Positions 19,541-30,312 of a stretch of DNA of 64,000 nt are shown here, in pieces. The notes beneath the pieces were generated by a model. The model saw only the letters and a program-made list of their open reading frames with translations, was not told the origin of the DNA and made no database searches. Made by a program: the position numbers and the translations under genes. Source of the DNA: an uncultured Planctomycetota bacterium (GTDB lineage Bacteria > Planctomycetota > Planctomycetia > Isosphaerales > Isosphaeraceae). Each line of letters begins with the position of its first letter. Positions within the stretch are counted from its first letter, which is position 1. The DNA lies in NCBI GenBank assembly GCA_963737655.1, contig CAVTTN010000002.1:2112001-2176000 (forward strand), written 5' to 3'.

Positions 19541-20620
19541 TCAGCGCTGGAACACGGGGAGATACTTGTACGGCAGCTGGAGGATGATCGCGGCGATGGC
19601 CGTCCCGTAGACCTGGCCGATGCCGTCGCCGGACCACGAGCCGTCGGGGCCTTGCAGGGCGATCAGTTGGTCGCGGGTCTTGGGGAAGTAGGCATCCCAG
19701 TAGGTGTCCCCGGCCATGTAGAAGCCCTGGGAGGCGTAGAGGTGGGTGTAATAGTCGTGCCCGCCCCCCTTGCTCCAGCCGTCGCTGGCGCGGAACTGGT
19801 CCCAGACGTACTTGAGGCAATCGGTGGCGATCGGGCTGTCGAACTGGCCGGCGTTGTACAGCGTGGCCACGGCGGCGGCGGAGATCGGCAGCCTCGGGCC
19901 GCCTCCGGAGCCGAGCGAGTACATGATCCCGCCCTCGGCCGTCCGGCACTTGTCCAGGTAGCCGGCGGCGGAGTCGATGGTGGCCCGGGGGACGAGGAAC
20001 CCGGCGTTCTGGCAGGCCCGGAGCGCCTGGACCTGCGTGACCGTGACCGATCCTTCGTCGCCGGTGCCGGGGGTATACGTCCAGCCGCCGTCGCTGCTCT
20101 GGCCCTGGCTGGTGAGGGTCACGGCCTTGCGGACGGCGTCCCCCACCTGCTTCCTCAGGCTGGCCTTGGTGACCATCCCGTAGACCGAGGCCAGGAACAT
20201 CAGGGCGAAGCCGTGGCCGTGCATCGGCATCCCGCTGTCCTGACCGGGCCCGGTGATCAGGCCCGTCGGCGTGGTGCAGCGGACGAGGAATTCCACCACC
20301 CCCTGGACGTTCTTCGAATACTTGCCCCGCGTGGGCGAGTTCCCATGGGCCAGGAACGCCGTCCCGCCCAGGCCGGCCATCGCCACGGGGTAGGCTTGCC
20401 CCCCGCCGGCGATCCAGGAGCCGTCGTCCGATTGCGCGGTGGCGAGGTAGTCGAGACCCTTGAGGACGGAGCGCTGGGCCTCGGGCGTGACGTGCTTCGG
20501 GAGGACTTCCTTGCTGTCCTGAGCCCAAGCCGGACGGGACCCGGGCGACCCGAACAGCCCCGCCCCGGCGACCCCGAGGCCGCACCGCGTCAGGAACCCG
20601 CGGCGATTCGAGCGACTCAT
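19541..20620 (-). CDS. Tat-exported prenyltransferase/squalene-cyclase-repeat (alpha/alpha barrel) protein
   Basis: Twin-arginine signal SNRRGFL; QW-like repeats [25 protein letters not shown]-terminal LPVFQR. Confidence 0.85.
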   Translation of the reverse strand: MSRSNRRGFLTRCGLGVAGAGLFGSPGSRPAWAQDSKEVLPKHVTPEAQRSVLKGLDYLATAQSDDGSWIAGGGQAYPVAMAGLGGTAFLAHGNSPTRGKYSKNVQGVVEFLVRCTTPTGLITGPGQDSGMPMHGHGFALMFLASVYGMVTKASLRKQVGDAVRKAVTLTSQGQSSDGGWTYTPGTGDEGSVTVTQVQALRACQNAGFLVPRATIDSAAGYLDKCRTAEGGIMYSLGSGGGPRLPISAAAVATLYNAGQFDSPIATDCLKYVWDQFRASDGWSKGGGHDYYTHLYASQGFYMAGDTYWDAYFPKTRDQLIALQGPDGSWSGDGIGQVYGTAIAAIILQLPYKYLPVFQR

Positions 20621-21507
20621 TTGCCACCGCCTTGCCGATCGGCCTTGGCGGCGCCGGCCAGGTCGAAGCGGACCTGGATCTCCACCCTCACGGGGATCTC
20701 CTGGAACTTGGCGGCTTCCAGCCGCTTGCGGGGCATCTCCTCGTCCCCCTGATTCATGTTGAACTCGTAGATCGTGACGCCCGAACCCTGCGTCTTCTCG
20801 CCGGGGACGAGGGCCTCGCGGACGCCCGCCACCGGCCCGAGCGTCACTCCGCTGAGCCGGGCGATCCTCTCGGCGCGTTTCCTGGCGTCGGCGATGGCGG
20901 CCTCATACGCCTTGTCCTGGAGGGCGTCGAAGTCGTCGAGGATGAAGCGGACGAGGCCGTTGCTGCCTCCTCCGCCGCGATAGTAGTAATAGGGCATCAT
21001 GTTGTCGCCGCCGCCGAGCTTGCCGCCGGCGTCCTGGGCGACGTCCAGGAGCTTGGCGACGAGCTGGAGGAGCGCCTCCTCGTCGAGGTCCCGGATGCCC
21101 GAGCAGGCCACGACGAGCTTCCTCTTGAGCTGGACCTCGACCTTCCCCTTGCGGGCCGGCGGCGTGTCCATGTAGTAGGGGTTGTACGCCTGCCCTTTTT
21201 GATCGACGCCCAGGGCCTTCTCCTCGACGGTCACGTTCGGCATCTTCAACGCGGAGAAGGCTTCCTGGAGCCGTTTCTTGGCGTCTCGATACTTGACGAT
21301 CACGTCGGAGGAGATCTCCGAGGCGGCGGAGACTTCCAGGTCGATCTCCAGGCGGTTCGGGCGGGCGCCGACGACGCCCTTGCCCATGACCGTGAGCCCT
21401 TCGAGGTTCGGCCCGGTGCCCGAACCGGCCGTCTGGGCCTTCGCGGGCCCGTCCAGGGCGAACAAGGCCAGGGCCAGGGCGCCGACTCGAATCGTCCACC
21501 TAGTCAT
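20617..21507 (-). CDS. SIMPL (DUF541) domain protein
   Basis: Signal peptide; LTVMGKGVVGARPN; AYEAAIADARKRAERIARLSGVTLGPV; VEIQVRF. Confidence 0.85.
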   Translation of the reverse strand: MTRWTIRVGALALALFALDGPAKAQTAGSGTGPNLEGLTVMGKGVVGARPNRLEIDLEVSAASEISSDVIVKYRDAKKRLQEAFSALKMPNVTVEEKALGVDQKGQAYNPYYMDTPPARKGKVEVQLKRKLVVACSGIRDLDEEALLQLVAKLLDVAQDAGGKLGGGDNMMPYYYYRGGGGSNGLVRFILDDFDALQDKAYEAAIADARKRAERIARLSGVTLGPVAGVREALVPGEKTQGSGVTIYEFNMNQGDEEMPRKRLEAAKFQEIPVRVEIQVRFDLAGAAKADRQGGGK

Positions 21508-23607
21508 CCGAACCCCCCGTCTTTGGTGCCGCCGCGGCGCGGGCCGCCTTCTCGCCGCCGGCCGACCCCCGAGGGTAGGCCGAGATGGTCCGGTTGCTGA
21601 TCGCGAGCAGGAGGCGATCGGTCAGGAGAAGATCGCCGCCCGCCGCCCCGGCGTCGTCTCCTCGGAAGATCCGCCGGACGTGTCCGGACTTCGGATCGAC
21701 CTCGAAGATCCCCCGAGGCGTGAGCTGCCAGATCCCCTCGGGACGCGCCAGGACCGCGCCATCCTCGCTCCCGGCCGGCAGGGGCGTGGCCCACAGGAGG
21801 CTGCGGCCCTTGAGGTCCAGGGCCGCGAGCTCGGGGCCCCCGAGGTAGATCCGCTCGGAGTCGGCCCCGAGGAGCCGGGCCGACTTGGCGATCGGCCGTT
21901 CCCAGAGGATCTTCATCCGGTCCGGGTCGATCGCGCAGATCCGATCGGACTTCGCCCCCTTGACCAGCAAGGCGTCGCCGATCAGCAGGGGGCGCTCTGC
22001 GTCGAGGAGGAGGACTGCTGAGTCAGGAACCCGTTGATGATGATGAACCGGCCCATCTGGCCCTGGACGGGCTCGGTCGGGTAGCCATAACCCCAGTCCA
22101 GGACGCCCGATTCGGCATCGACCCGGGCGAGGATGCCATTCTGCGTGTCCACGAACACCGAGCCGGCGCGATACGCCAGCCTCGGCGTCGGGGAATTGTC
22201 GCTCATCCCGTAGTAGTAGTAGCGCTGGCCCTCGCGGAACATCCCGACGTCCGCCTTCCACAGGACCTTGCCATCGTGGGGGCGGATGGCCAGGAGGACC
22301 TGCCGGGGGGTGTTGTCCTGGCCGTTGTTGTTCGAGGTCTTGCCGGCGACGAACAGGGTCCCCCGCGCCATCAGCGGGTCGCCCATCAGGTCGATCCCGG
22401 AGTATTCGGGCAACTCGGTCGATTCCCAGACGACCTCGCCGTTCTCGGCCCTCCGGCAGACGAGCTTCGGGCCCGCCATCATGGAGTTCGGGTCCTTCAC
22501 GTCCCGGCCCAGGCTCCAGACGAAGCCGGGGGCGGCGAGGATCGCGAACTTCTTCGGGTCGATCATCTGCATGTTGCCCTGCATGCCGGCCAGTTCCAGG
22601 TTGTGGAACGAGGCCGACCTCCAGAGCATCTTGCCGGTGTCCTGGTCCACGGCGAAGACGTGGCCGAGGTAGTTGACGAACAGGGTCGTCCCCTGGATGG
22701 CCACCGAGGGCACGGCCCCGCTCAGGGCGGAGGCGTCCCACTGGGTCAGTTCGATCGGGGTCATCCCGGCCGTGACCGAGTCGCCGAATCGGACCTGCCA
22801 GGCCGTGGAGACGGTCCCGGAGAGCGCCGGCGGGGGCCCCTCGGCCGAGGCCGAGCCGGGATCGGTGGCCTCCGCCGGCCCGAAGCTGCCCGGCAGGCCC
22901 TTCAGGTGCTCGGCGACCTTCGCCTTCTTCCCTCCGATCGAGACGACCTCCTCGCCCAGCCGGTCGGCCGTCTCGGAGCGAAGCGACTCGAGCTCGGACC
23001 TCCGGCCGGCGCGGCTCAGGGCGAGGGCGGCCTTGACCGTCAGCACGGCGGGGGGGATTTCCGAGTCGGGCCGTTCGCGGAGGATGGCCAGCCAGCAATC
23101 GGCGGCGCGGTCGAAGTCCCCCTGCTCGAAATACAGGTCGCCCAGGCGGTCGGCCGCGTCGTCGCCGACGGAGGTGAGGAAATAGGACGAGTAGAGCCGT
23201 TCCAGGGCGGCTTGCTCGCCGGGCCCTTCGGCGCCGTCGAGGATTTTTTTCGCCTCGGAGTCGTAGAACAGGCGATAGGCGGCCTGGCCCTCGGGCGACA
23301 ACCCGGCGAGGACCTCCCGCCGTTTCCGCGCCACGGAGATGATGAAGCCGTCCCGGCCGTCGACGAACCGGGCGGCCTGGGCCTCGGGGATCGTGTAGAG
23401 GGCCTTGGTCGCGCGCTCCCAGGCCCCTCGGCGGGCGAACCTCTCGAAGTCGTCGAACGCCTCCTTGGTCTCGCTCGATGCCGGGGGCATCTGCAAGGGG
23501 CGGTCCGGCCGATCGTTCGAGACCTTCTGGGAATCCTCGTCCTCATCGGCCCGAGCCGCGGCGGCCGGCGCCGAGAGCAGGATGGCCAGGATCGCTAGGC
23601 GAATCAC
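21500..23607 (-). CDS. TPR + PQQ-like beta-propeller (BamB-like) exported protein; frameshifted near 21990
   Basis: N-part (ORF 21982-23703) has a signal peptide, TPR-like RLGDLYFEQGDFDRAADCW and propeller repeats (DTGKMLW, DGKVLW). The last blades lie in ORF 21500-23098. Adding one base to the G5 run at 21988-21992 joins them (...SAPLLIGDALLVK). Confidence 0.8.
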
Positions 23608-24014
23608 GACGGCATGGCCCCCGATGGATGGAAGGTCACAACCACCCCGCCCCCGCCGCCCTCCCGATCGGATTTGTCGGGCCGTCGGCTCGCGGAGTGA
23701 CAACAGTCATACTCGGTCGGCTGGTGGTCTTGCAAACTAATTCTCTCAAACTTCGACGCGAGTCGGAAAATCGCGGCCGCCCTGCCGATATCCCCTCCGA
23801 AAAGTCCGGGCAAGATCGCCCTCAAACGCCTCGCCGGCGAGGAACGATCGTCCCCCGGCCCGGTCCCTGGGAGGCCCCGGCGACTCCCTGGCGAGGCGAC
23901 GACCCCGGGGGCGACGGGGAAGGGCGGCTCATTCCCGGAGAATCCTCGGGCCGATACAAGCCCCGTCCGCCCTCGGCTCGCGAGGGCCTCCCGGACGCGA
24001 TCCCCGGAGTCCCC

Positions 24015-25085
24015 ATGTCCCTCGGCCCTCGCCTGGCGCTGGCGCTCGTCCTGGCGATGCCGACGGCCTCGGCGATCGGCCAGGACTCGGCCGAGACGGG
24101 CCCACCCGACCGGGACGCTTCGGGGCGGCCCGCCGACCCGGGCGCCGAGGATCGCGATCGGCCGGTGCCGCTCGATCGGTTCTTCCGCGCGATCGACCCG
24201 GCTCGCGTCCAGAGGGCCCTGGACCGCATCCTCGGGTTCGACACCGGCGATCGCTCCGATCGGCCCGAGGCCCCCGAGATCGGCGAGCCGGTCTTCTTCG
24301 ACAACGTCCGGCCCCTGGGCGACCGGAAATATGCCAACGAGTTCAACTACCTGCTCAATGCCTCGACCAGGAACTCCCCGACCCTCCAGGTCCTCGAATA
24401 CGAATACGTGCTCTCGGACTGGAACGCCGTCGAGCTGGACCTCTCCTATTTCAACGGCAACCTCCAGCTCCTCACGCCGTTCTACCAGAGGACGCTGGGC
24501 GTGGGCCGGGACCGCAACTGGGTCCACGGCGTCCAGCTCTCGCCCGACATCTACCTCCGCAGTCATTTCCTCGGCGGATCGGCGGTCTACATGCTCGGCT
24601 GGAAGCCCCGGGAGGATTCGAAGTTCAGCACCCTGACGTTCCTCGGCGCCAACCGGGCCCTGATCGGCGGGTTCGCCCCTCCCGGAGTCCGGGGGCCGGT
24701 CGCGTCGGGCCTCGCGACCCTCCGCCGCCCCGACGACGAGCCGACCTTCGGCGCGTGGCGGCCGACCGTCAACGTCAACCTCTTCTACCAGATCACCGAG
24801 AAGGTCACCCTCGGCATCGAGAACGACCTGTTCATCCACCCAGGCAAGGCCGGCGAATACCTGAGCTTCCCGTTCCTGACCTACAAGCCCGGCGGGCACG
24901 CCTTCTTCCAGGTCGGCGGCGGCTACTATCGGTTCGAATCGGTCGACCAGTTCACGGTCTTCGCCCACCTGAACTTCGTGAACGACTCGCCAAGAAAGGC
25001 CAGGGACCGCGACGACGATCGCCCTCGCGAGGAATCGGGCGGGCCGATCCATCGTTGCCTGGACCGGCTCCTGGGCGATCGATAG
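24015..25085 (+). CDS. Exported hypothetical protein, probable outer-membrane beta-barrel
   Basis: GGAG RBS, ATG 24015, signal peptide; aromatic-rich alternating beta-strands (LEYEYVL, VNLFYQITEKVTLGIEND, FQVGGGYY). Confidence 0.65.
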   Translation: MSLGPRLALALVLAMPTASAIGQDSAETGPPDRDASGRPADPGAEDRDRPVPLDRFFRAIDPARVQRALDRILGFDTGDRSDRPEAPEIGEPVFFDNVRPLGDRKYANEFNYLLNASTRNSPTLQVLEYEYVLSDWNAVELDLSYFNGNLQLLTPFYQRTLGVGRDRNWVHGVQLSPDIYLRSHFLGGSAVYMLGWKPREDSKFSTLTFLGANRALIGGFAPPGVRGPVASGLATLRRPDDEPTFGAWRPTVNVNLFYQITEKVTLGIENDLFIHPGKAGEYLSFPFLTYKPGGHAFFQVGGGYYRFESVDQFTVFAHLNFVNDSPRKARDRDDDRPREESGGPIHRCLDRLLGDR

Positions 25086-25106
25086 GCTCGGGTCGCTCCG
25101 CCGAGA

Positions 25107-26201
25107 TCACCGCCCCGAGAGGATCGCCTCGTGGACCATCCTCGGGGTGACGGTCACGAGCGTCTTGCCCGTCCGGGAATGGACCTTCGCCGTGGCGAAA
25201 TAGGTGTTCGGGGCGAAGTCGTCGATCGACCAGCGGGCGACGGCCCGGGCGAAATCCTTGCCTTCGGGGCCGAAGGGTTGGATCGGGGCGGGCAGGGTCT
25301 TCAGGACCTTGCCGTCGGCGTCGAGGAGCCGGATCTCGACCGTGCCGACGACCTCGACGAACTCCGGAGGGATCGCCACGACGGCCTGGACCTCGGCCCT
25401 CTTCGGCTGGGTCCAGGGCGTCTCGACCCACATCGGGAACGAGGCCGGGCCGGCGGCGGGCAGGTAGTCGGGGTCGAAGTTCCTGACCAGTTGCATCAGC
25501 CCGAGGGACGCCGGCTGCTGGACCGACAGCGGCGACCCGAAGGCGAACGTCCGGTCGGTCCGGCCTCCGCCGTCTCCGCTGCACAATTCGGCGTCCAGGG
25601 CGATCAGGGCGCCGATTTCGGGCCGGAATTTGGGGAAATTCGCCCAGGGCAGCTTGAACTCGACCTCATCCCCCCAGGGATGGACCGTCGCGGCGACGGC
25701 CACTCCGCTGAGCTTCGTGCCGCTCGTGGCGATCCCCGAACGGATCACCCATCGGGGCTTGAGCGCCTGGCCCTCGAACGGCGAATAAAACAGGTGGACG
25801 GCCCCCTCGGTCCAGTCCTTGCCTCGAAGGGCGTTCCTGGGGCGGGTATCGAGGTAGAACTCCACGGCGTCGCCGTCGTAGATCGCGCCCTGGGCGCCGG
25901 GATCGGCCCGGTGGGTGTCCAGGGATCGCAGGCCGATGTACAGGGCCTCGTCATCCCACTGATAGAAGAATTGCGCGGCCCTCTCGGCGAGGTCCGCGTG
26001 ATTGTAGTGGACCGGGGTGCAATAGGCGGTCGCCCACTCGTCGAGCGAGCCGTCGAGCTTGACCCCGCCGGAGGCGCGGGTGACCAGGCCCCGGACGCCT
26101 TCCGCCAGCGGAGGGGCGTCCTGGGCCCGGGCGGCCCCGTCGAGGCCCGGGAGGCTCAGCATGAGGGCGATCGTGACGAGGCGCATCGCGAGGAGTCCCA
26201 T
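25107..26201 (-). CDS. Secreted sugar-binding (CBM9/DOMON-like) protein
   Basis: VKLDGSLDEW, QWDDEALYIG, DGDAVEFYLD, EFKLPW motifs; signal peptide. Confidence 0.75.
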   Translation of the reverse strand: MGLLAMRLVTIALMLSLPGLDGAARAQDAPPLAEGVRGLVTRASGGVKLDGSLDEWATAYCTPVHYNHADLAERAAQFFYQWDDEALYIGLRSLDTHRADPGAQGAIYDGDAVEFYLDTRPRNALRGKDWTEGAVHLFYSPFEGQALKPRWVIRSGIATSGTKLSGVAVAATVHPWGDEVEFKLPWANFPKFRPEIGALIALDAELCSGDGGGRTDRTFAFGSPLSVQQPASLGLMQLVRNFDPDYLPAAGPASFPMWVETPWTQPKRAEVQAVVAIPPEFVEVVGTVEIRLLDADGKVLKTLPAPIQPFGPEGKDFARAVARWSIDDFAPNTYFATAKVHSRTGKTLVTVTPRMVHEAILSGR

Positions 26202-26423
26202 TCCGAAGGTTGACGAAGCGAGGCGGCGGAGCGACTTTACGGCCGCGATCCGGGCGAATCAAGCGGTTCATCCGCGGTCATCGGGTCGGCCTCGATCGCG
26301 CGGGCCTGCCCCTTCTTTCGGCGGTTGGGCTCGCTTAGGATGGCCGACGGGTCATGCTCCCGGCCGGCTGCCGAGGCCGGGGGTTCCCTCCGGACCCCCC
26401 TTCGCCCGCAAGGAGAGACCGCC

Positions 26424-29400
26424 GTGACGATTCGCCACCCCCGCGCGCGTCGAGGCCTTGCCCTCGCGGCCGTTGCCGTCGGATCGCTCGTCTGCCCCTC
26501 GGCGCTCCGGGCCCAGATCCCCCTGGAAGGGGCCGCGCCGGCCCGCTGGATCTGGACCGAGCCGGGCGCGACCCACCCGGCCGGCACCGCCTGCTTTCGC
26601 AAGCGGTTCGAGGTCAAGGAACACGGCTCGAAGCTCGCCCTGGACGTCACGGCCGATAACGCCGTCGCCCTCTATCTCGACGGCAAGCCCGTGGCCCGAT
26701 CCAGCGATTGGAGGGTGGCGAAGGCCGTCGAGGCGACGTTGAACGCCGGCCCTCACGTCCTCGCGGCGGAGGTCACCAACGACGCGCCCGGGGCCGCGGG
26801 GTTCCTGCTCCGGGGGGCGCTCCATCCCCTGGGACAGGTCGCGCCGGTCCATACCGATTCGTCGTGGAAGGCCGCGGGCTCGGTCCCTCGGGGAGAGGGC
26901 TGGCGAAAGGTCGAATTCGACGATTCCGCCTGGGGCCAGGCCGTCGATCTCGGCCCCCTGGAGACGCCTCCGTGGAAGGGCGTGGTGTTCGCCTCGGGCG
27001 AAGGGCGGTTCCGGACGCCCGAAGGGTTCCGCGTGTCGCTCGTGGCGAGCCCCGAGCTGACCGGCTCGGTCCTCGCCCTGGCCTTCGACCCCGAGGGTCG
27101 GCCCTGCGTGAGCTCGGAACGCGGGCCGATCTCCCGATTGGTCGATCCCGACGGCGACGGCCGGTTCGAATCGAAAGTCGTGATCGCCGCTCAGATGAGC
27201 AACTGCCAGGGCCTGACCTTCGGCCTCGGCCATCTCTTCGCCGTGGGGAACGGCCCCGAGGGCCCGGGGATCTATCGCCTGGACGACCCCGACGGCGACG
27301 GCCGGTTCGAATCGGCGGCGCTGCTCCGCGGGACCACGGCCGGGATGCAGGAGCACGGCCCCCATGCCGTGGTCCTCGGGCCGGACGGCTCCCTGTACGT
27401 CAACAACGGCAACCACGCCCATCTGAACGGCCCGATCGACCCGAAGAGCCCGGCCAATGTGGCCTATGAAGGGGAGCTGCTCCCGCACTACAACGACCCC
27501 CGAGGCCACGCCGCCGGCATCCTCGCCCCGTGCGGCGAGATCCTCCGGAGCGACGACCAGGGGAAGACCTGGTCGCGGGTCTCCGCCGGGTATCGCAACG
27601 CGTATGACTTCGCGTTCAACCGAGACGGCGAGTGCTTCACCTTCGACAGCGACATGGAATGGGACGTCGGCCTGCCCTGGTATCGGCCGGTCCGGGTCCT
27701 CCACGCGGTCCCCGGCGGCGAGTTCGGCTCCCGGAACGGCTCGGCGGTCTGGCCGTCGTACTTCTTCGACGGCCTGCCGAGCACGCTGGACCTCGGCCGG
27801 GGCAGCCCCACCGGCGTGACGTTCTACCAGGGGCAGGCGTTCCCGCCGGAATATGTCGACAACCTCCTGCTCTGCGACTGGTCGCAAGGGCGAATCCTGG
27901 CGGTCTCGATGACGAGGGACGGGGCCTCGTTCCGGGCCGGGGAGCCTCGTGAGCTGGTCTCGGGACAGCCGTTGAACTGCACCGACCTCGAGGTCGGGCC
28001 CGACGGCGCGGTCTACTTCGCCACCGGGGGCCGCTCGACGCTCGGCGGCCTTTACAAGCTGGAATGGGCGGGCAAGAAAGGGCCGAGCATGCTGAAGGGC
28101 CCGTTCGTGATGGAGGCCGTGGGGATCGCCTCGCCATCCTCGGCGTTCTCCCGGGCCCGGATCGCCCGGATGAAGGCGGAGAACCCGAAGTTCTGGGAGC
28201 GTGACCTCACGACGATGGCGGGCATCCCGGGCATGGCCTCGGGCTTCCGCCGCCGGGCGTTGCAGGTCCTCCATGAGTTCGGCCCGAAGCCGTCGGAGGA
28301 GGTCCTGGTGATCCTCGCCCGGGACCGCGCCCCCGAGGTCCGCGCCGAGGCCCTGGCCCAGCTCGGGATGCGGACGTCCGACGAGGCTCGCCGGGCGATC
28401 GCCGGGGCCCTCAAGGATGACGATCCGTTCGTCCGCCGTCGGGCGTGCGATGCCCTGGTGCGATCCGGCGGGCCGATCCCGGCGGCGCCACTGGTCCCCT
28501 TGCTGGAGGACGACGATCGCCACGTCCGTTATGCCGCGAGGATCGCCCTGGAGCATGGGGACCCGGCCAAGGGGTTGGACACGACCACGCTCGGCCCCCG
28601 GGGCGAACCGACGCAGACCGCCCGAGGGCGTCGCCTCGCACTGCTCGGGATGGTCCGGGCCTCGCCGATGGACGCCCAGGCGAGCGAGGCCCTGATCCGC
28701 CAGTTGGAGCTGGAGGCGTCGAGGCCGTCGCCGGGCTCCGAGGGATTCGTCGAGACCCTCCGGCTGATCGGCCTGGCCTACGCCCGGGGCGGGATCCGGC
28801 CGAGGGACGTCCCGGCGACCGAGGGGTTCCGCCAGGCCCTGGCCCGCCGGTTCGAGGAGCTCTTCACCCTGATGGACACGGCGACCGGCCGGCTGATCCT
28901 CCCGAAGGACCAGGGACCGAAGCTCCGCGCGAAACATGCCCCGATCCGCCGAGAAACGGCCCGGATGCTCGCCTTCCTCGGCGGCCCCGAGGCCGTCCCC
29001 CTGATCCTCAAGGCGCAGGCCGACGAGACCGACCACGCCGGGCAGATCCACTATGCCTATTGCCTCCGCAACCTCAAGGAGGGCTGGACCCCCGAGACCC
29101 GCAAGCAATTCTGGGCCTGGTTCGAGACCGCCAGCCGGTGGGACGGCGGGTTCAGCGTCCTGGGCTACCTCGACGCGATGATCGCCGACTTCCTCCCCGT
29201 GATCCCCCCGGCCGAGAAGGCCGAATTCCTCGCCTCCGCCGCGACCCATCCCTTCCCCGCCCGCCTCCTGTTCCGAGACCTCGACCTCCAGGCCGAGCCC
29301 GGGCGGATCCGGTCGATCCCCGCGCTGTACTCGGCCCTGGAGGGCTCGCCGAACCGATCGGCGGCCAATGACCTCCGCGTCCTGATCCTCGAAAAGCTCG

Positions 29401-30308
29401 GCCAGAGCGGCACGGCCGAGGCCCACGCCGCCCTCCGCGACCTGGCGAGGTCCGACCCCGCCCGCCGAGACCTGATCGCCCGGGCCCTGAGCAACCATCC
29501 GAACCCCGACGACCTGCCGTTCCTCGTCTCGGCCCTGGAATCGCGCGACCCGAACACCACCAGCGGAGTGCTCTCCGCGTTGATGACGCTCGACGCGAGG
29601 CCGACCGGCCCCGAAGGCCCGCGAAACCTCCTGCGACTGGCCCGGCGGACCGGGCCGGCGATGCGGGGCCCCTTGAACGCGATCGCCTCGAAGTGGCTCG
29701 GCTGCTCGGCCCCCCTGGAATCGAGCTTCGCCGAGACGATGGCCCATTGGGAGCGGCTCTACCGCGAACAGTTCCCCGACGCCCCCGCGCTCGACGCCGA
29801 CAACGGCGGCCAGAACGCCTACACGCTCGCCCAGCTCCTGACCGGCGTGATGCAGTCGCCCGCGAGGAAAAACGCCTCCGCCGAGAGGGGAAAGGCCGTG
29901 ATCGCCCGCGCCCGGTGCCTCGATTGCCACAAGCTGGGGGACTCCGGCGCCGCGATCGGGCCGGACCTCTCCACCGTCTCCAGCCGGTTCCGACCGAACG
30001 AGGTCCTCGAAGCGATCGTCGAGCCCTCGAAGGTCATCTCCGACCAGTACCGATCCACCGTCGTGGCGACCACCGACGGCAAGGTCTTCGACGGCCTGGC
30101 CGCCGGAGGCGACGGAACGTCCCTGATCCTCCTGCGGGCCGACGGCTCCAGGGTCACGATCCCCCGGAAGGACATCGAGGCCCAGAAGGAATCGACGGTC
30201 TCGGTCATGCCCGAAGGGCTGCTCAACTCGCTGTCGTTCCAGGACATCGCCGACCTGCTCGCCCTCTTCGAGGCCCAGCCCCGGGCCGATCCGTCGGCCA
30301 AGAAGTGA
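26424..30308 (+). CDS. PVC-type heme-binding protein (sugar-binding N-domain, glucose/sorbosone-dehydrogenase-like propeller, HEAT repeats, cytochrome c)
   Basis: AGGAG RBS before GTG 26424; ARWIW...TADN; EHGPHAVVLGPDG; GYRNAYD...FTFDSDMEWDVGLPWYRP; HEAT repeats; CLDCH; GPDLS...SVMPEGL. Confidence 0.88.
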   Translation: MTIRHPRARRGLALAAVAVGSLVCPSALRAQIPLEGAAPARWIWTEPGATHPAGTACFRKRFEVKEHGSKLALDVTADNAVALYLDGKPVARSSDWRVAKAVEATLNAGPHVLAAEVTNDAPGAAGFLLRGALHPLGQVAPVHTDSSWKAAGSVPRGEGWRKVEFDDSAWGQAVDLGPLETPPWKGVVFASGEGRFRTPEGFRVSLVASPELTGSVLALAFDPEGRPCVSSERGPISRLVDPDGDGRFESKVVIAAQMSNCQGLTFGLGHLFAVGNGPEGPGIYRLDDPDGDGRFESAALLRGTTAGMQEHGPHAVVLGPDGSLYVNNGNHAHLNGPIDPKSPANVAYEGELLPHYNDPRGHAAGILAPCGEILRSDDQGKTWSRVSAGYRNAYDFAFNRDGECFTFDSDMEWDVGLPWYRPVRVLHAVPGGEFGSRNGSAVWPSYFFDGLPSTLDLGRGSPTGVTFYQGQAFPPEYVDNLLLCDWSQGRILAVSMTRDGASFRAGEPRELVSGQPLNCTDLEVGPDGAVYFATGGRSTLGGLYKLEWAGKKGPSMLKGPFVMEAVGIASPSSAFSRARIARMKAENPKFWERDLTTMAGIPGMASGFRRRALQVLHEFGPKPSEEVLVILARDRAPEVRAEALAQLGMRTSDEARRAIAGALKDDDPFVRRRACDALVRSGGPIPAAPLVPLLEDDDRHVRYAARIALEHGDPAKGLDTTTLGPRGEPTQTARGRRLALLGMVRASPMDAQASEALIRQLELEASRPSPGSEGFVETLRLIGLAYARGGIRPRDVPATEGFRQALARRFEELFTLMDTATGRLILPKDQGPKLRAKHAPIRRETARMLAFLGGPEAVPLILKAQADETDHAGQIHYAYCLRNLKEGWTPETRKQFWAWFETASRWDGGFSVLGYLDAMIADFLPVIPPAEKAEFLASAATHPFPARLLFRDLDLQAEPGRIRSIPALYSALEGSPNRSAANDLRVLILEKLGQSGTAEAHAALRDLARSDPARRDLIARALSNHPNPDDLPFLVSALESRDPNTTSGVLSALMTLDARPTGPEGPRNLLRLARRTGPAMRGPLNAIASKWLGCSAPLESSFAETMAHWERLYREQFPDAPALDADNGGQNAYTLAQLLTGVMQSPARKNASAERGKAVIARARCLDCHKLGDSGAAIGPDLSTVSSRFRPNEVLEAIVEPSKVISDQYRSTVVATTDGKVFDGLAAGGDGTSLILLRADGSRVTIPRKDIEAQKESTVSVMPEGLLNSLSFQDIADLLALFEAQPRADPSAKK

Positions 30309-30312
30309 GGCC

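Noticed and set aside
5130..29930. Very long antisense ORFs (e.g. 5130-7763, 15102-18494, 26352-29930)
   Set aside because: Shadow frames of high-GC genes on the opposite strand; no recognisable motifs.
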